DNA of 64,000 nucleotides, from the NCBI GenBank assembly GCA_963924565.1, contig OZ004614.1, positions 3,720,001 through 3,784,000 on the forward strand, in the 5' to 3' direction. Below the pieces are notes generated by a model. That model was not told the origin of the DNA. It did not search any database and saw only the letters and a program-made list of their open reading frames with translations. Shown one piece after another: positions 38,501-50,293 of this stretch. This DNA is from Ascidiella aspersa. Taxonomy: Eukaryota. Position numbers and translations under genes: made by a program. Every line of letters begins with the position of its first letter. Positions within the stretch are counted from its first letter, which is position 1.

Positions 38501-41491
38501 ATTCCGTTTGCAGTAATCATCGTGATCAATATGGGGCTCTACGCTGTAGCTATTCATTCTGCCTTTAAAAGCAAGAATCTTTCTGCCTCTGTAAGTCAAA
38601 TTATCGATTTTAAAGTTTGAATTTTCTTTTAGCAGTTAAAAAGCTCTTAAGCTGAATCGCCCCTGATAAGCAAAAAAACAAAAACAAATTCGTTTTATAA
38701 ATGTGTAAAGCACCTTTTATTCGTCACCGGAACACAATGTTGGGTTATAAATTAAAAATATGCGAAACGAACATGGGAGCATAATGGTTGTAAGCTGTAG
38801 TAAGACGTAATTAGAATATCAATGCCCATACAGAAGTAGGTTGCATTTTGAACTTTTCGAATAAGTCTTTATTCATTTTCAACCTTCTATGTTTTATAAA
38901 TGTGTAAAGCACCTTTTATTCGTCACCGGGACACATATTCGGTTATAAAACAATAGTTCACTGCGAATAATAATTATTTGTTGGCCAACACAAAGTGTTA
39001 GCAAGCAACAATCTTACAAAGTTGTTCAAACTGCGGCTGTCCGACATATTTTCTAGCTCATTTAGAAGGTTTACTTCCCAATTTGTAGGTGGCAATACCT
39101 AATATCTGGCTTATAAAAAACGGATTCGTTTTAAAAACCTAAAGATCCCATCCGATGCTGAAGATGTAGAATTTCTAAACAACATAATGGCAAACGCAGG
39201 TGGATTCATATCTTATACAAATGAATGCAAAACGATGTTATTAAAAGAGAAACAGAATCAGTGTAAATTATAGATTATTGCTAAACATTTACAAGCCAAA
39301 AATAATGCAATCTTCTACCCCGAAAAAGAAAGAAAAACTAACTGCCGCAAGGAAAACACAATTAAACAAGTCATAAAGCACTTATACCAAAATGTGCAAG
39401 GTAAACACGTTTTTAGAGCCTGTACTAACCTGGATTATCCAAACATTCATAATAACTTTTTTGTTAAAGCTCTGTATTTGCCTGATTATTCACCAAATCA
39501 GAACAATGTTTCACTGTCACAATGGTTCGACGAGCTGCTTTGTTCAAACTCTATGTGTTAGCACAGTGTTTCTTAATCAGGTGAATGGTTCACCACGGGG
39601 TGAATATAATTTTTGCAGGGGTAAACCAATTAAAAGGAGTGAAATGTCAGAAATGGAGGATAGCTTGTGAAACAATCCAAGTCATTTTGTGCTGTTATAC
39701 ATAGACGAGATATTTTTATTATATCATGATACAAGGGTGAATGAAATCTGGAGATAGATGCTAGGGATGAACAAAACTAAAAAAGAAGCATTGTGTTAGC
39801 ATATTGTTTTAAATTTGTGTTGGGGCACCAACATTAGACTACTTTGGCGTCCCTGGCTTTAAAAAAATGCATCATACTGTAATCCACTCAATGTAGCTCT
39901 TTATGAAACGACTGAACTTGAAACACAGCTCGCTAGCTGAAAAGTTTATCCAGTGTAGTAAATAATCATTTTTTGAAATGCCAAACCATGTTACATACCT
40001 TCAGTCCTTTACCTATTGCTTGATCGACCTATTCCATTGCTAGGTTTACCTATTTACCTGTTGATTGTATAAGGTGTAAAGTGTATCAGTAGTTAGTAGA
40101 CTAAAATGTTTCTAAAAGTGCCAGACTTTATTAGAAAAGCAGATTTCTGCATTAAAATAATCCGCTATTAAACGTGTGCCCTGCCGAGCGAATAGTGTCA
40201 TTACATAGAATCCGTAAATTATTCAAGCTATTAATGCTATGTAGTACAACTTTTTTTAATTTTTTTATTTCAATTTTTTGCCAGCATCGTGGCGCCTCTA
40301 AAGCTTTGCGGAGCGTTCAAACTAAAAAAAATGTTTTGATGTCCATGAGCTTCTTCGTGTGTATGGGAGGAACTTGGTTGTTCGCTCTCATCCTCGTTTT
40401 TGACACTAGTGGGGGCACCGGAGCAACTGTGTTCGCCTATCTCTTCGCTATATTCAACTCACTACAAGGTAATATAACACAATGTTAGAGTAGTTCGCTT
40501 TATCAAACTCACTACAAGGTAATAAAGTATACAACATGTGAACACCATTATTATAGTTCGCCGAATTCAACTTACTAAAAGTTTATTAAATATTCACTAT
40601 TATAATAGTTCGCCAGAATCCACTTACTATAAGGTGATAAATTATACACTATTATAATGGTTTGCCAGAATCCACTTACTATAAGGTGATAAATTATACA
40701 CTATTATAATGGTTTGCCAGAATCCACTTACTATAAGGTGATAAAGTATACACTGATTATTTCGCTATATTCAACACACCTTAACAAGTTGAAACACTTT
40801 ATCGAGATTTCTTAATCAAGATGATGGTCTCTTATACGTTTGAGTAAAGCCCAATCGTTTTTTTCTTCAATTCACTGATAAGATAAAACACAGTTAACTG
40901 CATATTTTCTTTTTTGAACTACAAATATATTTCACTTAAAAAGTGAAAATGATTATAGATGTTTGCCCTGTTTAAACCAATTCGTTATGTGCAACTAAAA
41001 CGAAAGTAGAATTGTTATGTTTGAGAAAAACGTGACATATCCACCAGTAAGGAAGACAGCTTCTAAATAATAGGTCTATTTCTGAAACCAATATATACAA
41101 GGTCTCGCCTAAAAGTCTTGTTAAAAGTATAAGCAACTAACTCGAAATGCGAACGAAGAGGAAATTTTAACATTTTTAAGCATCCTCCGAGGACCATTCA
41201 GTTTTCTTGAGAAAAGGGGACAAATCCTCCTAAAAGAGTACACATGGTAGGCCTAATTACGAGGCTATGCAATTTGAAACAAATTTACTTTATATAATTT
41301 GGATTTCTACCGTTGCAGGATTTTTTCTCTTTGCCATTCATTACGCTCGTGAGAACATCTTTAAACCGGAAAAGCAGAGTAGCAGCAAGTCTTTCGGAAC
41401 TGAAACCTACCAGCTAGAGAAGGTCTCCGGTGCAACCTCGCACAGTCACGGGACTCCTCAGCCTGTGAATTTTCAACCTACAAATGACTAA
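23544..41491 (+). CDS. Adhesion GPCR B (tandem paralog of A, long Ser/Thr/Ala/Asn stalk), 16 coding exons, ~1286 aa
   Basis: Exons: 23544-23670, 24261-25973, 26436-26564, 26974-27062, 28245-28406, 28848-28930, 29928-30040, 30621-30776, 32377-32549, 33570-33722, 34658-34764, 35534-35768, 37683-37816, 38461-38590, 40285-40468, 41319-41491; total 3861 nt. Same intron phases as gene A and same GPS (CSYW..HL|TNFAALF) and 7TM motifs. The exon 3 donor (G|GTTCAA) and exon 9 acceptor (AAG) are weak. Confidence 0.92.
24452..25795 (+). repeat. Coding 15-bp minisatellite encoding the (STTAA/SNTTA)n stalk of GPCR B
   Basis: About 90 units of GCGTCAACCACCGCT / GCGTCAAACACCACT variants in exon 2. Confidence 0.95.
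26632..26948. mobile_element. hAT-type MITE
   Basis: Right end GCCGCGGCACCCCGGTTAAGAACCACTG; perfect TSD TTTTATTC; relative at 47904-48226. Confidence 0.8.
27265..27565. repeat. Degenerate ~165-bp tandem duplication
   Basis: ATAATGCGTAT...GAGCCGCCCTGTT...AGAATATTACTGTTATA occurs twice. Confidence 0.7.
27703..27896 (+). mobile_element. 5'-truncated tRNA-derived SINE
   Basis: Starts in the tRNA 3' half (GAGGTCGTGAGTTCGAACC); 14-bp TSD ATTGTCTGTGACAG (27689-27702 / 27897-27910). Confidence 0.88.
27903..28071. repeat. Foldback/palindromic element
   Basis: ACTTCAGTCGACATCATCAACTTTCAATG...CATTGAAAGTTGATAGTGTCGACTGAAGT inverted repeat. Confidence 0.8.
29533..29766. mobile_element. Palindromic MITE, PIF/Harbinger-like TIR
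   Basis: TIR AGGCCCGTTTACACTACAGCT...AGCTGTAGTGTAAACGGGCCT, TAA-like flank. Confidence 0.75.
30396..30645 (+). repeat. ~134-bp tandem duplication containing the exon 8 acceptor of GPCR B
   Basis: TACTTTAACTTTTAG|ATGCGGTGTCAGCAGTTGGTTA (AG ends 30486) versus TACTTCAACTTTCAG|ACGCGGTGTTAGGAGTTGGTTA (AG ends 30620). Confidence 0.8.
32684..33152. mobile_element. hAT-type MITE with (GCTCCR)n subterminal repeats
   Basis: CAGG...CCTG ends; perfect TSD ATAGAACT. Confidence 0.85.
33570..33722 (+). other. GPS motif exon of GPCR B
   Basis: Translates VSESNPYLRENTLCSYWHNDSWSQAGMRLVELTQDSVTCESDHLTNFAALF. Confidence 0.9.
34153..34474. mobile_element. hAT-type MITE
   Basis: TIR CAGTGGTTCTTAAC...GTTAAGAACCACTG; TSD CTCTAGTG/CTCTAGTT. 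Confidence 0.85.
36706..37184. mobile_element. hAT-type MITE with ATCTAGA-rich interior
   Basis: TIR CATAGTTTCCATT...AATGGCAACTATG; TSD-like GGCGTGAA/GGCGTGCG. Confidence 0.75.
39564..39793. mobile_element. hAT-type MITE
   Basis: Perfect TSD TGTTAGCA; both ends homologous to 7830-7922. Confidence 0.85.
40444..40780 (+). repeat. ~52-bp minisatellite derived from the exon 15 3' end plus splice donor (GPCR B), ~7 units
   Basis: Units start near 40444, 40494, 40557, 40609, 40661, 40713 and 40761; most retain AAG|GT. Confidence 0.85.
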
Positions 41492-44400
41492 TTCCCAGCC
41501 AAGCCTAAAACATCAAGTTATGATTGAGAGATTTGTAGATTAGGACAATGGCAGTGGTGTTTATGATTGTCGCTCGTTCGCAAAACAAAGTGTTAGCTTA
41601 TTAAGCGAAAAGAAGGAATTAGAAGTAAGGCCTTTAAACTAGTTTTTTATATCTTTTGATTTTGTCCAAATGGGTTTGAATGACCTTTTCAGGCCAATTT
41701 TACACAGGAAAATAAAATGCTCTTTAACAATGACGTTATGTCTTAATTGCAGTATTAAAATGCGCTTTCATCTGTTTCACTATTTCAATACTTTAATTGA
41801 ACAACTGCTTATTCTTGCACTGTTTGTATATACCGCTACATAGTTTATTTTTTTAAGGTGACAAAATAAATCAAGCATTTTGTGTTCCATATCTAACTAT
41901 GCTTTAAGTTTAGAGACCACTGCATTTATGGAATACTTTTATAGCTGTGTGTATTAAGGCCGTGGCTGCCATTAACTTCATTGATAGGTCTATTAAGGTT
42001 GAACCTGTTGAATAAAGTAGTTGGCAGTGCCTTTTTTATTTTAGTTTGGGAGAGGCTATTTGACCGGCCAACAAAGTACTTAAATTAATTCTAATCTTTA
42101 ATGGATGTTTGTGTGTGCGTACCCGGCTAACAAAGTAATTTGTACGAATTAGGGAATACATAGTCAAATAATGCAAAACTAGGAAGTCAAATTCAGTCAT
42201 AGCCGAACTCAAACCTAATTCCAAAAATGGTACAACGCTTTTAGTTATTTTATAAACGATGGGCGAAAAATCGCAACCCTCTGAATAATAACTGATCGGT
42301 GTATGCGTAACACGAGCGGACTGGGTAATTCCGATTAATGTTGTTTGTCTTACCAATATCTGGCCGTTTAATTGATATTAGTTAGACTTGTTTTTAAAAA
42401 TGTTGAAATAACCCTGTCAACGCGTCAGTCATTTAAATTCCACGCAATATTCATTGTTACGGCTTTCTGTTGGCGTAGTTTATTGACCTAAAGGATCCCA
42501 AGTTTAATACTCTACACGTATACATTTATATTGTACTTTCAGTTTTAAGTTATGTTTTTTGGGGTGATGGTTTTATGTAAGCTGTTTATCTGTTTCTCCA
42601 GTCAGGCACGCTTTGCTTCTCTGCTGCCGATTATTTTTTATTTTTTATTAAATGCGTTACTTTAAAATTAACCCAGCGTGACTCAACCATTTTTACGTCA
42701 GAGCGCATTTGAAACCTTTTTTGGTTAAACCACCATTTCTATCGAAATGCTTTCTCAATTTTAATACGTATGATTAATAGTTGCATATCTTGAACGAACT
42801 ATGGGATTAATGAGCTAAGCCAAAGAAACTGAAAAAAAAAGCAGTTTCCATTTTAAAATATTTTATACTTTTGCCCGCGGCGTACCTGGCAACCTTTTAT
42901 GTCGCACTCGGCATTTGAAAAATAGATAACTGAGATATAAAAGTTTCTAAACATTTTATTAAAAAAACTTACTCAACCTTACACTTTTGTAAAACCCAGC
43001 AATTTGTTTGGTGCTAACTCACAAATATGGTTGGTTAGAAGATTAGACATTTATTTGAGAAAGTAAAGGGCAAATATACGATACAAACAACTGACTTATG
43101 GCATACGTCAGCATTTTTATCTGCACAGTTTTTGTGGGGCGAGGACTTATTTTGTGAAACACTATTCATTAGTCAAAAATGTTTTTTTATTTAGTTTGGT
43201 ATATTCGGTATTTTTTTATATCTTATTTTAAAAATCAGACAATTCTTTTTTTACATCATGAAACAAGTAGGTACCTTAGGAAACTGGGTTATCGTTGGAT
43301 GTTGTGCACAAAATGTGTTAAAATATTATCAAAAATACATTGAAGGATGTGTTTAGTTATATAGGTAGCGTAAATACGAGAATAAAGTATAGCGGGCGAA
43401 TCCTAAAGAGTCCATTCGTTTGCAACATGTTTGCGATAGTCGTAAAATACATAAATATAGAAGTGGTTTGGACAAACTTGGAGTTAGGTCAGTTTAAAAT
43501 TAAATATATTATAAAAGCTTGATAATGTTTTAAAATAGGTTTGTGGCTAAACATAAGGTTGGAAAACAAAACACAGAACATAAAAAACACAATTCGAAAT
43601 AAATATTAAAGTGGCATTTTTAGGCTAAAAACATGGCAGTACGATACGACATAAGGTGAACTAGAAAGTAAGAGGTATGCAGGTAACTATACACCATATC
43701 TGAGGTCATGACCTTCCTAGGTAAGGGAGTCAAAATGGCTGCATATTTGTGTTGTATTTCTTGGAGAGCCATCTTGTATTTTTAGTTGGCAAAAACAAGA
43801 GAAAAAAACTTTTATTTCAAAGTTTCTAGTTTGCACGGGGCCTTTAAACTAAACTATTTTCTTGAAACGGGCCAAAATAAATCACGCAATCAACTAATCT
43901 TCGCGCAACGCACGAAACAAAATCGCTTTTACGTGGGTAAAATTTGTAAATAAAAAAATTACGAAAACATTTTTTAATGTAGTTAAAGTAATAAAGGCTG
44001 TAAGCGTAAATAGCAAATAACATAGGCAATAAAATTATGGCGGGCATACTGAGAACACAAAAAGTATTACAATACTTGCAGTTCAATACCAGTTTAGGTT
44101 TCATTTCATTACGCTCACTCACTGATATAACCACTATATTTAACTGATGACGTATCATGTTTAAAGTTGTAAGTATTTGAGGTTTTGTTTATCAGACATA
44201 AATGCTGGACAAAGTAACACATTGGGTTTAATTGGCAAATGTGACGTAAAATAAATACGCTGGTCAGCTCTATCGACATATGTAACCTGAGTTTAAATAG
44301 CACATTAAAGCGTTCGTACAACAACATCTTACAATGGTTACATTCAACTGGCCAGGCTTAAAACATGATACACTAAGCGGTCTGTAAATTTCATTTATAA

Positions 44401-44583
44401 AAAAAGTCAAAAACTGTGAAAACACTCGTAAGTTACAAATTTTGCGAACAAATCCTCAAGAGAATACTGTTTGAATTGTTGTTAGTGACGTCGTAGTAAG
44501 ACTATTCTAAAATAATTTTTCTGGAATACGACCATTGTCGTGTTGGATAGTGAAACCTCAGGCTGGTGATATCAGTTATTCAT

Positions 44584-47500
44584 CTAGTAAGCCAGGGACC
44601 CGTTATTGTGACTGTTTTTCTTGCAAGCTTTTGTCCTGTAAAAATAATCCCAAAATTATTTTTGTCTATCATCGAAAATGATTTATTGGGCCACCAAAGA
44701 ACACGTTTTAGCATATTTTATTAACCATTGTAGAAATTATATGCATTTAACTTAAAGCATTTTTAACACAAATGTTTTTTGCCGTAGCCTTTCATTTTCA
44801 GACCCCATGTTTTTCCTATTCTATTCCATATTTTAACATTTTTCCGAATTATCACTTAACCAGAATATAATTTTCGTTCTAAAGCTGAGATTAGTTGTTA
44901 CCTGCACAATATCGCAGCAATGGCAGAACAAAGAAGGACAAATCCTGCGACCCCGACCCCGATATACAGCCCGAGGTTGTTAATAGGCGGTTGAGGAACT
45001 GTAAACAACAGAAAATTAGGACTAAAGTGTACTAATCTATCCGAAAGACGTTAGAAAAATAAATAGGCAACAAAATGAAAAATATGTTAACTACCTTGAT
45101 GGCTTTATCTAAAAACGAACATAACGCAGAAATGGTAACATCGCCTTTTTAATTATTTTTAGGCAAACTCTTTGAAGTGTTATTTGTTTAGTTCATTTAA
45201 CACTCTTAAAGTTCTTGTAAACAGAATAAGGCATTTCTTGAATAAGGGGTAGTAGGCCTATAATGCATTTCAACAACTTTACGAACAATATTGTTTTCAA
45301 ATAAAACAGACATCACAATAACCCTTTAAATTGATCCACGCCTTCACAAATAGTTCTATCAAGTAGAAAATGCCATCACGGGCTATTTCGACATCCTTAC
45401 TTTTATTTGTGTAAAATCTTGATTCAGTTCACTAAGCAATACTTACCAGTCAGTTTAACTTGTTTCGTTTTGAGCAGTCCGCCATTGTATGCCTCGCAAT
45501 AATAAACTCCACCAACTGTGGCCTCGGTTGCTGTAATGTTGAGGGTGGATATCACTGTGTAAGCTTCTACCACGTTAGTTTGCGAGTACGACCCGCTTGT
45601 ACAACAATATGCCGGTACGCCTTCTCTGCAAAAAAATCAACTTAAGACCCTAAAATAAAATAAAATAAAAAGTTGATTTTATATACCGGGTACCTTCGGA
45701 AACCTTATTATTGACATCGGTAGGACTAATCAGGATAACAGTGCAAGCATGTCCAGGCTAGGAAAACAACTAGCCTGCGGTGAGGTGCGAACTGACGACC
45801 TCGGTCATACCGGAACCGTCGCTGCATCCTGTTCGTGAAACTATAGTATGTGATGAGGTTCTAACTCACAACGTTGGTCATACCGGGATCGTTATACCAA
45901 CTTAACTACACAGGCTAAGAGGGGAGCAAGTCAAGGACCGGCCATGGCACCGTTGCCTACTGCATCCTGTTCGTACTTGCAACTTCAAGTTAGTGGCTTA
46001 ACAGGCCAGATAAAGCAACTAAACCATGTAACCCACGTGGATGTTTTTTTAAAGGGAAAAAACATGCTGGTTGTGATAGGGAACTAAATTTAAATAATTG
46101 TTTGCAAATATGGCTTAACTTACATCAACGAACGTCCAAGGTGTAAAGGTCACCAACCCCACCCAAAAAAATCAAACTAACTTGAGAATAAAGGGCTACA
46201 AGTACCTTGCTGTGAGCTTTGTATTAAGTACTCTACAAAACACGACACTGAGACACAGACACGTTTTTATCAGTACTCACCTTCTCCATTTGATGCTTGG
46301 AGTTGGATTACCGGAGCTGACGCAGCTCACAGACTTGGTTTCCCCATTCTTTGCATCCATAGCAGTGGTCGATATCGTCAGGTTTGGTTGAACTAGAAGT
46401 TTTGAAATATCGAGTGTTAGTTTTTTCGATAGTTGTTTTAATCTTTCAAGGGCGTCACATATAGTGATTATATTTTGTATATAAACATTATTGTGGTATT
46501 GAAACGCTTCCAGGTATATTATTCTATGACAAATGTATTTGTATTGAATTTTGAGAAACTAAACCGATTCATAATAATGGTTTTCTGTTTCAACATATGA
46601 ATAATAAAATTAGGTAAATTCCTATCGCTGTGTGCGCCACAAGTCCAACAAACTTTCATAGGCGTCGCGAGACAAAATAATTGAGAAACACCAGTTTACA
46701 CCTGTTTTTCTCCTTTTAGTCATTCTTTTTTACTTATTTTTCAAATTTTTTTTATTTTTTTGCAATTTAAAAAAATGACTTTATAACGAAACTTTGTAAA
46801 TTTTCACACATTCCTTTGTCAGAGTCTTAAAACTAGAAAGTTATTGTAAATTATTTTAATTGTTTTTAAATAAAAAATCACCTGTGACGTTCAAAGTCAA
46901 CGTCAATTCACCCCCGACAGAATTCTTGGCTACTTGACAAACGTAGCTTCCACCGTCAGCAACATCCACCATCTTAACTGTGAGGGTTTTTGACACGTAC
47001 GTCTCATCCGACGAATCGGACTGGTGAACGTTTACGCTTGGGTTGCTTGTCACTGGAACTCCATTTCTGTAACGTTATAATGGGACAGAGGTTCTAAACC
47101 GGGGTTACCCCTAGGCGGGGTTGGAAATTTAACCAAAGCACTAGGGGGGAGTTAAAATTTGACCATCATAAATTTATAATCCAATGCTGCATTTTTATCC
47201 TAACAGTTGTGTTGGATTGGTAACAGTTGTGTTGGATTGGTAACAGTTGTGTTGGATTGGTAACAGTTGTGTTGGATTGATAACAGTTGTGTTGGATTAG
47301 TAACAGTTGTGTTGGATTGGTAACAGTTGTGTTGGATTGATAACAGTTGTGTTGGATTGGTAACAGTTGTGTTGGATTGGTAACAGTTGTGTTGGATTGG
47401 TAACAGTTGTGTTGGATTGATAACAGTTGTGTTGGATTAGTAACAGTTGTGTTGGATTGGTAACAGTTGTGTTGGATTGGTAACAGTTGTGTTGGATTGG

Positions 47501-50293
47501 TAACAATTGTGTTGGATTGGTAACAGTTGTGTTGGATTGGTAACAGTTGTGTTGAATTGGTAATAGTTGTGTTGGATTGGTAACAGTTGTGTTGGATTGG
47601 TAACAGTTGTGTTGGATTGGTAACAGTTGTGTTGGATTGGTAACAGTTGTGTTGGATTGGTAACAGTTGTGTTGAATTGGTAACAGTTGTGTTGGATTGG
47701 TAACAGTTGTGTTGAATTGGTAATGGAAAAGTATTATCTGCAAGCAGGTTATTGTCGCAATTGGTTTGGAATACAAAACGGAATCATTGTGGCCCCCTTT
47801 AAAAAATTAAAGCGACGCATCAGGACGTCGCGACGCACGGTTTAAGGTTCAATAGAGTAAGCTATTAAATCCAAATCAATATAAAGCCGATTTGTTTTAC
47901 TAGCAGTGGTTCTCAACCTTTTACGGCTTACTCTCCCATAAAAAATCTCCCATAAAAAATGATACATTGCGGCACCCCGACTAGAATTTTCGTGGAGTAA
48001 TTTACTGAAATGTCACTATAAACTAAACTTGAAAACCACAATCAATTCCGCGCATGGCGGAAAATGTATTTTCATTTATTATAATCATACACAAAGAGTT
48101 TGTATCAAAATGCTTACCACTAATAGGCAAAATCAAATTTCTCGAGATTTCCAAATATTTCGCGGTACCCCTGAGCATTAGAAATGGCACCCCAGGATGC
48201 CGCGGCACCCCGGTTGAGAACCACTGTACTAAAGTCATGTCACGTCAATCAACCAAATAATCTAAGTTACAACACAACAATATTTAAAGCATAATAATTA
48301 CAATACCATCGCATTAATACAAACGACATATTAAAGCCAAATACATAGTAATATCCACGACAGAAGAACATCTAAATCTGAATCTAACCTTTCGGAATGC
48401 TTACCTAAATTAATTTAGCTATCGACGTTTAATCGTCCAGTTTGTCTCACCGTTAGGGTGCCGCTGTTTTAAGAACAGGTGTTTGGGGATAGTGAGGAGT
48501 AATGTTGAAGGTTAGAAATTGTGTTAGGGTTAAAATAATTAGGCAAGTTAGTGATCTACTTAAGGAAAACCTTGTACATGCCTGATTATGGCCATTTAGG
48601 TCTTGTTTTGACGAGTTGAAGACGTATTTCAATTTAGACGTTATTACGAAGTATTAGTCCTATTTTGGTCTTATTCTGAACTGTGGTTTTTAATCAGATG
48701 TTAATGTTGTTCTTATGTGGAGCTCGTCAATTATTACAAAGCAGTAATCAAATAGCAGAAATGTTTACGTCGACGACAAAAACATGTTAAAAGGCACGTT
48801 CGGTATCACAACTGATGAAAATGCTGCAGGTAAATAACCAATTTAAGTATTGCGAAGCATTAATCAAAGAGTACAAAAGTCTATCGCCTTAATCGACGAC
48901 AAAACCTGTCACAAAGCACGTTTGGTATCACAACTGACGGAAATGTTACTCTTTAACAGCCTAAACGCACCTCAGCCAATTAACGACTGGTGTAGGATTT
49001 CCTCTTGACCTGCAATAGACTTCCTTGGTGTAGCCGTACAAAGTAAAGTCCAACAGGCTTGGAATCATTGAAATGGTACTGGCCCCAACTAAATCACAAA
49101 ATACCAGATTTTAGAAAATGCGTATAAGTATATAAGAAACTCCATTTTACACCATAGGTGTTTTTTTCTTGTTAAATTCGCTAAAAATTTAACCAAACGA
49201 AAAACACAGAAACAACACAATGATATACAAAACTTTGCCCAACCGAGGGGCCACAATTAAACTTGAAATAGAGTTTTATATAGACAAAAAGTTGAACAGG
49301 TTATATCAAAATAGCAAGGTTAATAAATCTAACGTATTTATCGTATGTCAACGTTTGACAATTACCGTATTGTGAACAAGTCGTTTTAAAAAGACTCATC
49401 TCCCAGTCAAGTCATCTAAAAATAATTTAAGTCGAACTTAAGTCTTTTGCAAATGCAAAAAGTCCCAGTCCGCAAGTTACGGTTGCTCAAGTCAAGTCAT
49501 TATGAAAGCAAGTCAACTTTAAATCATGTCATTGACATAAAAGCAAAACGTTAAATCATTAAAATTGGAAAACTCGTTTGGTTATAAACAACAATTCCAC
49601 TAAAAAATAACACAAACGCCATAGACAGTTAAATTTACTGAACAACACTTAATTTAGTCCAATATATTTGGCAAAATGACTGAAGTCCAAGTCAAGTCAT
49701 TTTTTCAAAATGTTCAGGTCAAGTCAAGTCATTTTAGTCGCAATACTTCAGGCAAGTCAAGTCATTTTAGTCGCAATACTTCAGTCAAGTCAAGTCATTT
49801 TAGTCGCAATACTTCAGTCAAGTCAAGTCATTTTAGTCGCAATACTTCAGTCAAGTCAAGTCATTTGAAAAGTGTGATTTGAGTGCACTTAAGTCAAGTC
49901 AACGATTTAAGTTATTACTACACTGGCAATTACTCGTCATTTGTTGATAAATCAACACACTTTAGGTCGTTTTACGAAACATTTCCACTATTTGTTTAGA
50001 AATAGTTACAACCTAGCAAAAAAGTAAAACCATTAGTACTCGGTCCTGGCGTGGGTGTTGTGTTAGTCTTTCTCTTTTCTCTAAAGTTGATGTCGTGGCC
50101 TTGTTTAACAAATACAAGAGGTTTTCCGAATTTGGAGTGAACTCCAGCGACACCTTGCGACGACAACACTGCAAATAACTGGACGTTAAAGTAGGAAATT
50201 CGAAACCCCTAAGTGATATTTTTTGCTGGTTTCGTACTCACCTTCGTTTGCGCAAAGACCCAACAAAACTAACATATTGAGGATTGACGCCAT
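44584..50293 (-). CDS. Type I membrane protein with two Ig (I/C2-set-like) domains and a short cytoplasmic tail, ~310 aa
   Basis: Minus-strand exons: 50293-50242, 50168-~50031 (donor ambiguous: 50040/50031/50013, all phase 1), 49088-48971, 47066-46882, 46392-46281, 45625-45447, 44998-44902, 44635-44584. Signal MASILNMLVLLGLCANE; Ig1 VYCRSRGNPTPVVNW..DGGSYVC; Ig2 VSCVSSGNPTPSIKW..GVYYCEA; TM LYIGVGVAGFVLLCSAIAAIL; tail CRTKACKKNSHNNGSLAY*. Confidence 0.88.
45745..45990 (-). mobile_element. Rearranged tRNA-derived SINE copies (reverse)
   Basis: Reverse complement contains GCGACGGTTCCGGTATGACCGAGGTCGTCAGTTCGCACCTCACCGCAGGCTAGTTGTTTTCCTAG plus a second degenerate head. Confidence 0.7.
47201..47724. 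repeat. 20-bp minisatellite (TAACAGTTGTGTTGGATTGG) x ~26
   Basis: Near-perfect tandem array in the intron splitting Ig domain 1. Confidence 0.97.
47904..48226. mobile_element. hAT-type MITE
   Basis: TIR CAGTGGTTCTCAACC...GGTTGAGAACCACTG. Confidence 0.8.
49365..49925. mobile_element. AAGTC-rich element with an internal 33-bp tandem (x4, ~49718-49866)
   Basis: GTCAAGTCAAGTCATTTTAGTCGCAATACTTCA repeated; ends ...CACTG. Confidence 0.7.

Noticed and set aside
408-41491. GPCR B as an uncollapsed allele (haplotig) of GPCR A
   Set aside because: Introns are largely unalignable and several exons are strongly diverged, so they are true paralogs.
47201-47776. CRISPR-like array or 159-aa repetitive ORF
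   Set aside because: Contiguous tandem units without spacers, in a eukaryotic intron; the ORF is a by-product of the repeat.
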